Positions 1 through 9,188 of a stretch of 64,000 bases of DNA are shown in pieces. The notes under the pieces are model-generated. The model saw only the letters and a program-made list of their open reading frames with translations. It made no database searches and was not told the DNA's origin. The number at the start of each line of letters is the position of its first letter. Positions within the stretch are counted from its first letter, which is position 1. Source of the DNA: a virus; the IMG/VR virus record IMGVR_UViG_3300042345_000884, positions 13,923 to 77,922 of that record; one strand, given 5' to 3'. Made by a program: the position numbers and the translations under genes.

Positions 1-41
1 TGCCAATTATTACCGATGGTATTACGATGAATCCTTAAGCT

Positions 42-866
42 ATGATCTACTATCACATTTTTGGAACTGCTAGACAGAAAAGCTTGGATGGAAGCCAAGA
101 AACCTTTATATTTTGGCGTACGGGTACACCCATTTCTTGGGATAAAAACCCAGTATTAAAGATTGTTGGTGGAATTAATTTGTTTGGTCAATTCTGGAAA
201 ATAGCCAGCAAATTTGGACAGCAAGTAAATATTTTCTCTATTCCAGAAAATCAGTACAGTTCTCGTTACACTGGTTCGGTTACTGACACAATTCCTTTGG
301 AAAGAACCAGTAAAAATTACACTTATTCTGGTACTGTAACTGAACCCAAAAAACTTGCCTATGATGTCACAATAATTGACATCGTTCGCGTTACTAACGC
401 GAACGATTTTCCCAGTAATCCTTACCCAGTAAATATTCCTGAATTTCCGATTATTCCAGACAAGGATTATCAAACAGAAATTCAATTTTCTAACTCTTTG
501 CTAGAGAACACAAGCGGAGCCGAACAAAGGATAGTAGAATGGGCTAGTCCCGTTAGGGTATTCAATCTTTCTCGGACTGTATTAAAACCCGATGATTTAA
601 ACGCTATCCTTGATTTTCATGAAGAAATGAAAGGATCAAAAGAAGACTTTCTTTACCGTGATCTTTCTGATTATGAGGTTAAAAGAAGTCTTTACTATCC
701 TTTAACTTATTGTTCACCAACTTTTCCTATCAGACCAGAAAAAATCATTAATGTTCCTTATCAATCTGGAATCTATTGCCTACCAACTTTTCCTACCAGA
801 ATAGAAAAAACTATTAACGTCCCTTATCAATCTGGTATCTATTGTCCCCAAAATATTGTTAGATAA
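42..866 (+). CDS. Tail protein with the N-terminal part of a DUF2460 (GTA distal-tail-like) domain
   Basis: SGAEQRIVEWASP...FHEEMKGSKEDFLYRDLSDY resembles the DUF2460 N-half; adjacent to the hub gene. Confidence 0.6.
   Translation: MIYYHIFGTARQKSLDGSQETFIFWRTGTPISWDKNPVLKIVGGINLFGQFWKIASKFGQQVNIFSIPENQYSSRYTGSVTDTIPLERTSKNYTYSGTVTEPKKLAYDVTIIDIVRVTNANDFPSNPYPVNIPEFPIIPDKDYQTEIQFSNSLLENTSGAEQRIVEWASPVRVFNLSRTVLKPDDLNAILDFHEEMKGSKEDFLYRDLSDYEVKRSLYYPLTYCSPTFPIRPEKIINVPYQSGIYCLPTFPTRIEKTINVPYQSGIYCPQNIVR
708..849 (+). repeat. Tandem 66-bp coding repeat (2 full copies + partial), YCxPTFPxRxEKxINVPYQSGI
   Basis: Units start at 708, 774 and 840. Confidence 0.9.
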
Positions 867-874
867 AATTTACT

Positions 875-2584
875 ATGTCTTTAATAAATCTTTCAGCAGA
901 TATTCCTCCCATGACAGAAGGAATATTTTCTCCAGAGAATAATGGAATTAATACAGAATTTATCTTGCTTAAAAAATATCTTATAGGCGATCCTGTAGGC
1001 AATACTAATGAAGTTGGGATCAATATTCATTACAGACCTATTCTTTATCCAGATGTTGAAAATCTAAAGATTTATATAGGAAATACAGAAATACCACAAT
1101 CAGAATATATAGTAGCTCCTGATAGAATAGTATTTAATAGCCCTCCTGACACTAACAAAAAATTAACATGGTCAGGTACTTTTAAGGTATTGTGTCATTT
1201 TGAAGAAGATAAATTAGATTATCAGCCTATTAGGAAAGATGACAGCAATAGAACCATCTTTTCTATTCCAAAGTTAATTTTACGGGAATCAAGAATTCAA
1301 CCAGACATTGCCTTACTGGAATATAATGATGTTTTTTATCCTGGCTTAAACCATGATTTTGATTTAAATCTAACCAAAAGATGTACGATTTCTCCCAGCT
1401 TTGAGACGAATATTATTAGTTTATCTAGTGGAGAAAGAAGAAGATTTTCTCGAAAAAATATCCTTTCTGATATTAGTTCTTTACAGCAAAGAACAACTTT
1501 ATCACAAAAAGATATTGACTATTTGATTGCTTTATGGTTGTGTACCAAAGGCTCAGGAGCTACATTTCGTTATCCTGATTTAGTTAATGATTTATCTATT
1601 TTATCTCGATTTAATTCTGTTTCTTTAAGTTACCAAAACCAAACCTCCTTACAAATCTATTCACTTGGAGAATTACAAATTAGAAGATTTACCGAGGGAA
1701 TACAACAAGACGAGGGATTAGGAGATTTATTTGCAAATTCTGTTTTAACGCTGTGCCATTGCGTTTTAATCGAACTTACAAACGGAGAAAAACTCGGTTA
1801 TACGAATTTCTCTCAAGACTTAAAAATTGGTGGGATAATATTTCGGGCAAGGCAAGCCCTTGATCCGACTGCAATAGAGAGGCAATTAGGAATACAATCA
1901 GATAATCAAGAATATAAGGGTGCTTTTGGCGATAATATTGACGAAAATTTGCTTTTTTCTGATAGATTTAGAGAAGCCCGAATTATTACAGCAATTGTTA
2001 ACTGGAAAAACCTACCTAACTCACTTTTAGTCCTTCCAGAAGAACAAATCCAGATAGGTTATGTGGGAGAAATTAAATCACTTGGGGGAGAAAGCTATAC
2101 ACTTGAAAATCTTACTGCCTCTAGTATTAATTTAAGGCAAAGTAGGGACGAAAAAACATCGCCTTTTTGCCAATGGGCTTTTGGGCAAAATAACGGCGAC
2201 AACTCAGGATGCCGCAAAGAAGTACCATTTTACGAAACTCAAATTGCTGGCGTTAATAGCCGGAGAGACTTTGAAGTGTGGGGAGAATATCAAAATCTTA
2301 CTTGGGGGAAATGCACTTTTACGGACGGAGCAAATAAATCAGCTACTTACGCAATTTATCGAACTGTTTCAATATTTGGGGGTAAAACTCAAATTCAGTT
2401 ATTTACCGAAGCGTCTAGTCCAGTGGCCGTCCATGACGGCGTAATCCTTACTGCCGGCTGTGACAAAACCTACAATACTTGTAAAGACATTTGGAATAAT
2501 ACTATCAATTTTGGCAATATCCCCAGTTTTGGTAACTTTATGCCTGGAAATGACTTTTTATTAAGTTCCCCAAAACAGCAATAA
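875..2584 (+). CDS. GTA-type tail hub/baseplate protein (DUF2460 + DUF2163/BR0599)
   Basis: LTNGEKLGYTNFSQDL, C-terminal AGCDKTYNTC...NFGNIP Cys cluster typical of BR0599. Confidence 0.8.
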   Translation: MSLINLSADIPPMTEGIFSPENNGINTEFILLKKYLIGDPVGNTNEVGINIHYRPILYPDVENLKIYIGNTEIPQSEYIVAPDRIVFNSPPDTNKKLTWSGTFKVLCHFEEDKLDYQPIRKDDSNRTIFSIPKLILRESRIQPDIALLEYNDVFYPGLNHDFDLNLTKRCTISPSFETNIISLSSGERRRFSRKNILSDISSLQQRTTLSQKDIDYLIALWLCTKGSGATFRYPDLVNDLSILSRFNSVSLSYQNQTSLQIYSLGELQIRRFTEGIQQDEGLGDLFANSVLTLCHCVLIELTNGEKLGYTNFSQDLKIGGIIFRARQALDPTAIERQLGIQSDNQEYKGAFGDNIDENLLFSDRFREARIITAIVNWKNLPNSLLVLPEEQIQIGYVGEIKSLGGESYTLENLTASSINLRQSRDEKTSPFCQWAFGQNNGDNSGCRKEVPFYETQIAGVNSRRDFEVWGEYQNLTWGKCTFTDGANKSATYAIYRTVSIFGGKTQIQLFTEASSPVAVHDGVILTAGCDKTYNTCKDIWNNTINFGNIPSFGNFMPGNDFLLSSPKQQ

Positions 2585-2734
2585 CAACGACACTGGGATA
2601 ACTTTCAAAACTTTGGAGGCATCCCAGCTTTGGAAACTTCATAAAAGGCAACGACTTTTACCTTGCACATTTAAGACAAAATTAAGTTTTTTTAAATATT
2701 TTATTCAGTAAAGAAAAAAGACTAGAATGGTTTT

Positions 2735-3190
2735 ATGTTCCCCTTTTACTATGCTCTTGCTAACCAAAGCCATCCCCCTTTTACTATGTATTATATTTCT
2801 CTTGCTAACCAAAGCCATCCCCCCTATGCTGGGAATTATGGTCTAAAAATAAGTTTTAATGACATTGGCACTGTTTTGGCTATTGCAATAGCATTACTCA
2901 GTATGCTTTCAAAAAATACCAGATCACAGGCTAAAGAACTTGATCACGAAACCTTTGAGAAAACATCAAGGAAGATGGAATCTCTTGAACAGAAACTAGA
3001 GAAAATGGTCGAAAAACTATCAACAGGAATAGAAAAACTGACCACATTAACATCTCAACTCGACAAAGAGATGAGCCTAATTAAAGCCAAACAAGAAGCT
3101 TTCTCATCTATTTCTGATCAAATAGAAACAATTCGCAAGAAACAGGAAGAATTTGATAAACGAATTGGAATACTTGAACATAAATCTTAA
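2735..3190 (+). CDS. Single-TM coiled-coil protein, holin-like candidate
   Basis: TM IGTVLAIAIALLSML, coiled coil, directly upstream of the endolysin. Confidence 0.5.
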   Translation: MFPFYYALANQSHPPFTMYYISLANQSHPPYAGNYGLKISFNDIGTVLAIAIALLSMLSKNTRSQAKELDHETFEKTSRKMESLEQKLEKMVEKLSTGIEKLTTLTSQLDKEMSLIKAKQEAFSSISDQIETIRKKQEEFDKRIGILEHKS

Positions 3191-3221
3191 CAGAATTGTT
3201 AACTTTACTAACTAAACTACC

Positions 3222-3980
3222 ATGAAATCCCTAACAGCAAATCGCAACACTATCTTAAAGTCTCACCTAATCGACTCTAGTTCTGAAAGTCTTCCCCAAG
3301 ATTTTAGATCAATCCTGATTAAAGCTGGACAAAAAGTGATTTATAATAAAATTATTAAAACAGAAAAAAACCATCATTTACTAGAAATAAAACCTCCAAT
3401 TGAAGGTAGATTTAATTGGTACGCTTTTGTTAGTCACTTTGACGACCCTAATCCTATCGTAGTCCGCAAGGATCAAGTTGAGGGCGTGTTTGATAGGTTT
3501 AACGATAAGATTACTGATTTCCAGTTTAAAAAATTAGATGAATGTCTTAAAAGATTTGACATTGTTACGTTACCAAGAGTCCGTCATTTTTTAAGCCAAA
3601 TAGCCCATGAATCAGCCGGATTAAGATTCTTAGTAGAAATTCATGACGGCTCAAACTATGAAGGTCGCAGAGACTTGGGAAATACCCGTCCCGGTGATGG
3701 TAAAAAATTTCGAGGTGTGGACGCTTTACAAATGACTGGCAGAGCCAATTACCAGTTATTTGCTAATCATATAGGCGATCAGCGTGTTATGGAAGGGTGG
3801 AAATATGTATCAGAAAGATATTTGTTTTTACCTTCTGGGTTTTGGTGGATGAACAACAAAATAAATGAACTTTGTGACCGTGGGGCAACGGTAGAACAAA
3901 TCACCCGTCGCGTCAACGGTGGTACAAATGGACTAGCTGAAAGAAAACGGTATTATGAAAGGGCTTTAAGATTTATTTAA
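3222..3980 (+). CDS. Glycoside hydrolase family 19 endolysin
   Basis: FLSQIAHES, YEGRRDLGN..GDG..FRG...QMTGRANY, ITRRVNGGTNGL. Confidence 0.92.
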   Translation: MKSLTANRNTILKSHLIDSSSESLPQDFRSILIKAGQKVIYNKIIKTEKNHHLLEIKPPIEGRFNWYAFVSHFDDPNPIVVRKDQVEGVFDRFNDKITDFQFKKLDECLKRFDIVTLPRVRHFLSQIAHESAGLRFLVEIHDGSNYEGRRDLGNTRPGDGKKFRGVDALQMTGRANYQLFANHIGDQRVMEGWKYVSERYLFLPSGFWWMNNKINELCDRGATVEQITRRVNGGTNGLAERKRYYERALRFI

Positions 3981-4035
3981 AATCTTGACAATTCAAAAAG
4001 TAATCTGTAATATTTAGTTAGGTTAAGAGGTTATC

Positions 4036-4305
4036 ATGGATACAAGAGAATTTCGTCCGTTGATTTTAGAAACCGTAGATAGTTATCTAGAGTTTATCAA
4101 CTGTTACAAGATTGTTACAATTACTCATTGTCCCGTAGGGGATAATTATGTAGTGGATGCGACCTCAAAAGTGGGAATTACAATATCCAATAAAGCAGCT
4201 AAGGTCTTAATGCAAGCAATAGTTACCGATTTATTTTTTTCCAGTGACGATATTGACGAAAGAAAAGTTTTGCGGAGCGATGGGACATTCGATAGATTTT
4301 TATAA
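4036..4305 (+). CDS. Hypothetical protein
   Basis: 89-aa ORF with GAGG RBS and an upstream TTGACA-N17-TAATAT promoter. Confidence 0.6.
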   Translation: MDTREFRPLILETVDSYLEFINCYKIVTITHCPVGDNYVVDATSKVGITISNKAAKVLMQAIVTDLFFSSDDIDERKVLRSDGTFDRFL

Positions 4306-4395
4306 TATTTAGATTTCTACTTGGGTGATTTAAGAAAGACCATTAACAAAATGGTCTTTTTTCTTATATCATAGAAATAGTACGCGGCTTTCCCA

Positions 4396-5670
4396 ATGGC
4401 AAAAAAGAAGAAAAAGGATGATAAGGCATTAAGAGGTTCTCAGCGTTCCCTGTCCTCACCGGGGATCGTGTCGGTATCGCGTCGGTACGATCTAGAGATT
4501 ACGGAAAATCCTATCCGTGACCCGAGAATATCGAGAGAATTGATTGAACTTAATCAATGGTGTTATGAAGTGATCCATGCCTTAGACATGGCCGCTTCTG
4601 ATACCTTTGCATCCGACGATGGGGATGATCAAGGATGGATAATAGCCAAAACCCTTGACGATGAAGAAACTCCTATTAACCCAGAAGTGTTTGCTATTGC
4701 AGAAGATATTAGGTTAAGGAAACAAAATTTTTCAACCTATGTCATTGGTGGGGATAGACTCAAGAAAGCCCTAAGATGGGCATTAGGAAAAGGGGAATGT
4801 TTTCTAGAGTTAGGTATCGAGCGAGAAGGTTTATCTGCCAACAAGTCTAAAGATTTCTGTGTAGCAAAGACTCTTTATCTACCTACCTTTGAGATGTTTA
4901 GAAAAGAAACAGATCAAGGGGAATTAATAGGATTTGAGCAAAGAAAATACGTTTCGGAGTCTGACCCTGATTATTTTTTTGAACCTTATAAAATCTGCCA
5001 TATTCGCCATGAACCTGATTTCCTTTACGGTCGCTCTCTTTGGTTAGCTTCATTAGATGCTTGGGCTGATGTTAAGCAGGCTTTTGATAATTTAATTAGG
5101 GCATCTAATGACTTAGGAGTTTCCCCGACTCTTCATATCATGCCAGGAGTATCTAGAGAACAGTCTGAGAGTTACGAACGAGACTTAGGAATCCGTAGGA
5201 AAAGTGGTATTATAACCGATCATGTTCTCAAGTTTCCCGGTCAAGATATTCGCAAAATGGCTAATTTTAACTCTGATTTAACAGGGTTAGTCGACACTCT
5301 TTTACAATGCCGATACAAGCTAATTATCCCCGGGTTCCCTACCTATTTCTTTCCGGGATTAGAGTCAAAAGGGGGAACTAAAGAATTATCCCGGTCGCCT
5401 GATCGTCGGTATTCTAGGATGCGATACGGATGGTGTCAGCTTCTTAGTGGTGCGATTAAGCAGGTGATCGATACAGAAATCATTCTCAGAAAAGGATTAG
5501 ATTTTTATACTGAAAATGCTAGAAATAAATATCGGATATTGTGGCCAGAATGGAGTGAGTCTATCGATGGTATGTCAGGGGGAGAAGTTGAGGACAATGA
5601 TTCTGATTTAAGCGATGAAGAAACTAATAAACAACCTGTTAAAAAATTAAATATAAATCAAAATGATTAA
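4396..5670 (+). CDS. Portal protein
   Basis: 424 aa, ICHIRH...LYGRS motif, first gene of the head module. Confidence 0.75.
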   Translation: MAKKKKKDDKALRGSQRSLSSPGIVSVSRRYDLEITENPIRDPRISRELIELNQWCYEVIHALDMAASDTFASDDGDDQGWIIAKTLDDEETPINPEVFAIAEDIRLRKQNFSTYVIGGDRLKKALRWALGKGECFLELGIEREGLSANKSKDFCVAKTLYLPTFEMFRKETDQGELIGFEQRKYVSESDPDYFFEPYKICHIRHEPDFLYGRSLWLASLDAWADVKQAFDNLIRASNDLGVSPTLHIMPGVSREQSESYERDLGIRRKSGIITDHVLKFPGQDIRKMANFNSDLTGLVDTLLQCRYKLIIPGFPTYFFPGLESKGGTKELSRSPDRRYSRMRYGWCQLLSGAIKQVIDTEIILRKGLDFYTENARNKYRILWPEWSESIDGMSGGEVEDNDSDLSDEETNKQPVKKLNINQND

Positions 5671-6559
5671 TCAAATTATTCACGGTGATTGTTTTGATAT
5701 TTTACAACAAATTCCTGATAATTCAATAGATGCCGTGATAACTGATCCGCCGTATGGCATTGGATTGGCTAAATGGGATTCTGTAATTGATATTCCATTG
5801 TTTACCAGAGAAGTAAAACGAGTTACCAATGGCTTTTATTGCTTTTTTGGACAAATGCCAACGATGGTTAATTGGATTAATTCGGCTAATGATGAAAAAT
5901 TGCATCATTGCAAGCATATCTCATGGGTAAAAAGGACAGAGATGCCTGTACAGCCAAGATTAAAGCGTAAACATGAGAGTATTTTTATATATGCTCAAGA
6001 TTCAAGTAAAAGGTATTTTAAACAGACCGGACGATATGAAGACGTAAAAATACCTGGTATATTGTTTGACGTTATTACTATTCAAGCAATACAGAGAACT
6101 ATAAGCGATTTAAGAACTGGAAAAAGCAATAGGATACATAAATGTAATCACTTAGGGCAGTTTAGTAGCTCAACGAGAAACCTCGGAAAAGAACACAGGC
6201 GTATAAATATAGACGATTCTAACTACACAAATGTGTGGTCTTTTTTGCCTCCTGTGTTTAGTGATGGTAGATGCCAAAAACAATCTTATAATCATCCTAC
6301 AGAAAAGCCGATAGAAGTAATGAAACGGTTAGTAGAAATGTTAACTCCTCCCGGTGGGACAGTCTTAGACCCTTTTTGTGGTTCTGGTACTACTGCCTTA
6401 GCTTGCAAAGAATTAGGTAGAAATTATATCTGTATCGAGAAAGAACTAGAATATTATCGAATAGCCTGTAATAGATTGAACCAACCTATAGAACATATTC
6501 CAGATGAACCGATAGAAGAACCAGTAGATAATTCTCCATTACAGTTAAAACTGTTTTAA
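5663..6559 (+). CDS. N4/N6 DNA methyltransferase (class beta)
   Basis: DPPY, HPTEKP, DPFCGSGTT; ends in a clamp-binding-like QLKLF. Confidence 0.93.
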   Translation: MINQIIHGDCFDILQQIPDNSIDAVITDPPYGIGLAKWDSVIDIPLFTREVKRVTNGFYCFFGQMPTMVNWINSANDEKLHHCKHISWVKRTEMPVQPRLKRKHESIFIYAQDSSKRYFKQTGRYEDVKIPGILFDVITIQAIQRTISDLRTGKSNRIHKCNHLGQFSSSTRNLGKEHRRINIDDSNYTNVWSFLPPVFSDGRCQKQSYNHPTEKPIEVMKRLVEMLTPPGGTVLDPFCGSGTTALACKELGRNYICIEKELEYYRIACNRLNQPIEHIPDEPIEEPVDNSPLQLKLF

Positions 6560-6593
6560 ATTTGATAAAATACAGTAAAGCCAAGAGGTAACT

Positions 6594-6749
6594 ATGACAA
6601 ATCTAAAAGCTTATGTTGTTCCCGATTCTAATGATAATATTCGAGTCGCCAATATGACCGAACTGGAGGTTATTGAAGCTTTAAAAGACGAGGTGTCTAA
6701 GCTAAAAGCTCAGATCGGCGAACTTAACAAAGCAGAAACAGAAGCGTAA
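6594..6749 (+). CDS. Small coiled-coil hypothetical protein (51 aa)
   Basis: MTNLKAY...AETEA with GAGG RBS; below the ORF-track cutoff. Confidence 0.5.
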   Translation: MTNLKAYVVPDSNDNIRVANMTELEVIEALKDEVSKLKAQIGELNKAETEA

Positions 6750-6820
6750 GTGGATTAGGGAACTGACAAGAAATAACTCTTGACTGTCAAGAGTTATTAT
6801 TTAATTTAAAGAGAAAATTC

Positions 6821-7045
6821 ATGAATGACAATAACTTTGACGCTATTATCGAAGATTTGAGTATCGAAGACTTGAGAGCCGAATACGCCGAATTAACTGA
6901 CTCATACGACAATCTGATGCTTGATTATGAAAGATTAAAATTAAAGGTAAAAATGTTAGAAGTTAAAAACCGTAATCTAATAGCTAAACTTAATAAATCA
7001 GAAAACATCCAAGAATTAGTTTATGACGGACTGGGAGACAAATAA
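6821..7045 (+). CDS. Coiled-coil hypothetical protein
   Basis: 74-aa ORF in operon orientation. Confidence 0.6.
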   Translation: MNDNNFDAIIEDLSIEDLRAEYAELTDSYDNLMLDYERLKLKVKMLEVKNRNLIAKLNKSENIQELVYDGLGDK

Positions 7046-7049
7046 CACC

Positions 7050-7424
7050 ATGACAGAAGGAATTACAGTCAACGATAACTTTATACCTTGCGACCCTAGT
7101 AAGGTTTCAGATGGATACCACACTTTTGAAGAACTTTATGACCATCGATGTCTTTTATTTATTCAGCTAATCGGATTACTGCCAGCTTTTTCGTTTGCCT
7201 CTTATTGTCACAGCGACGAGACTGTGTGGGAAGGATGGTTTATTGCGGGCTGTAAATTGAATAGCGGAATGATTACCTATCATTTACCGATAAAATTTGC
7301 AGATTTAATTCCTAATTGCGTATGGGTTTATAAAGCTCCTGAATGGGATGGACATACTTCGCGTGATGTTTGTGATCGGCTAATCAAAGAAGCTAAAACC
7401 AGAAAAATACTACTATACAAATAG
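7050..7424 (+). CDS. WDGH-domain phage protein
   Basis: SDGYHTFEELYDHR...ITYHLP...WDGHT. Confidence 0.75.
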   Translation: MTEGITVNDNFIPCDPSKVSDGYHTFEELYDHRCLLFIQLIGLLPAFSFASYCHSDETVWEGWFIAGCKLNSGMITYHLPIKFADLIPNCVWVYKAPEWDGHTSRDVCDRLIKEAKTRKILLYK

Positions 7425-7425
7425 C

Positions 7426-7596
7426 ATGACAGATAAATTCAACCCAGAAGATAAAAACCTACAACCAGTTGCTCGATTACTAGAGAGAGCCGAAGTAACA
7501 GATGACGACATTCAGAAAGCTATCGATGACTGGAAAAAGAAACCTCCGGATGACGAATTTAAGAATCTATTAGAACCTGAAATAAGCTATGAATGA
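7426..7596 (+). CDS. Small hypothetical protein (56 aa)
   Basis: MTDKFNPEDK...ISYE fills the gap and overlaps the next start. Confidence 0.55.
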   Translation: MTDKFNPEDKNLQPVARLLERAEVTDDDIQKAIDDWKKKPPDDEFKNLLEPEISYE

Positions 7597-8233
7597 TTTT
7601 TCCTTTAACCCCGCGACCCGACGCTATCGAGATAATCGAACGGGGAGATTTGTCTCTACTGAAAAAGTTAGACAAATCTCCCAACAAACTATTAATACCC
7701 GTATCCAAAAGACAGATAGTATTACCCGCGACCTTTTGCAAAAAAAAATAACTGTCAGTGAGTGGGAAGAAAAAATGTCTCTTGAAATTAAAGACTTAAC
7801 TATTCAACTTTATCGAATCGGCAAGCCCGATATGAACGCTTCTGACTACGGTAGAATCGGTCAGATGCTTCGCACTCAATACGCACGATTAAGAAAGTTT
7901 TCCCGTGATATTATTCTTGGCACTCAATCAGAGGCTCAAATAATCAACCGCTCTAAGATGTATGTTGCTAAGTCTAGGGAAGCTTTTGAAGAGGGAAATA
8001 GAAGAGGACACGCTCTAATCAACAAGTGGGAAAAGAGAATAATTACCAAAAGAGAGTCTTGCCAAGAGTGCCTTTTTTATGAGAGTGCCGGCTGGCAACC
8101 GATAGGGACACTCCCCCGACCGACCGAGAAATGTACCTGTCGGGCTAATTGTGGCTGTTATTTTGTTTTTTCTAATTCTAGGACACGCCCTACCCAGAAT
8201 ATGCTCTCGTTAAATTTTGGATGGACAAAATAA
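7589..8233 (+). CDS. Head morphogenesis/minor capsid protein (MuF-like)
   Basis: RYRD..GRFV N-terminus, C-terminal CxxC...CxCxxNCxC; between portal and protease. Confidence 0.65.
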   Translation: MNDFSFNPATRRYRDNRTGRFVSTEKVRQISQQTINTRIQKTDSITRDLLQKKITVSEWEEKMSLEIKDLTIQLYRIGKPDMNASDYGRIGQMLRTQYARLRKFSRDIILGTQSEAQIINRSKMYVAKSREAFEEGNRRGHALINKWEKRIITKRESCQECLFYESAGWQPIGTLPRPTEKCTCRANCGCYFVFSNSRTRPTQNMLSLNFGWTK

Positions 8234-8413
8234 AAAAGCGTGGAGGCCACTTCCACGCTAGATAAACTATAGACTTCTTATGGAGACGAAAACTTTATAT
8301 TGAAATTGGCTATTTATAGTTTTGGATGGAAACTACACTCTATTAATATACATCAACTAACCATAAACGTCAAGTCTTTAGATAGAATTGTTTGTAAAGT
8401 ATTTTTTATTGCT

Positions 8414-9133
8414 ATGGAACTAAAATTAACCCGCGCTGAATTAGAAAGCCTGCTACAGACCCGTCATCCCACTGATGACGAGATGCAATTAATCAACCAA
8501 TTTAAACCCTACGGACTCGATCCGTGGGAATCATCGGAAATAATCCGATTTTGTGTGATTGCCTCAAATAATTTAATTCACAGTTCTGGACAGGTATGGG
8601 ATAAAAATGCACTAGAAACTATGGTGGCTAGTTTTCCCGAATGTTCGTTTATGATTGATCACGAATGGGACGATCAAACTAAAACTTTTGGGATGATCTA
8701 CGATTCTTTTATTTATTCCTTACCCAGCGTAAGTAAAGAAGGGATAACAAAAATCCTCGAAAAATCCCCTAATCCGAACGAAGATTATCGAATTATTCAA
8801 AAAACCGGTTATCATCAGGTCTTGGTTTTTGGTTTCGTAGAAGCAACTCACCCAGTTGTTTCAGAAATTTTTTACGGGCGTAAAGCCAATATTTCAATGG
8901 GGGGAATTTTCTACGGTGAATCAATTTGTCCTATCTGTGATATTCCATATAGTGATCCTAAATGCCCCCATTACCCCCCATATATGGCGGGATTAGTAGA
9001 TGAAGAAATGTTAACCTCTTATTACCGCCGATCCGGGAAGATGGAATCCGTCGAATGCAGTTTCGTTGCCACTGGCGCTTGTCGTCAAGCGAGATTAGTA
9101 GATTCTCGTCTTAATACTTTTGTTTTTTCCTAA
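8414..9133 (+). CDS. Prohead maturation protease
   Basis: IDH, ISMG, CPIC/CPH, ECSFV motifs; precedes the capsid gene. Confidence 0.75.
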   Translation: MELKLTRAELESLLQTRHPTDDEMQLINQFKPYGLDPWESSEIIRFCVIASNNLIHSSGQVWDKNALETMVASFPECSFMIDHEWDDQTKTFGMIYDSFIYSLPSVSKEGITKILEKSPNPNEDYRIIQKTGYHQVLVFGFVEATHPVVSEIFYGRKANISMGGIFYGESICPICDIPYSDPKCPHYPPYMAGLVDEEMLTSYYRRSGKMESVECSFVATGACRQARLVDSRLNTFVFS

Positions 9134-9188
9134 AACAGAAAGTTCTGTACTACAATTGTATTTAATAGTTAGTGATCAGCAATCGGTA

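Noticed and set aside
2491-2660. DGR variable/template repeat pair
   Set aside because: Differences are not adenine-specific, many are synonymous, and no reverse transcriptase was seen
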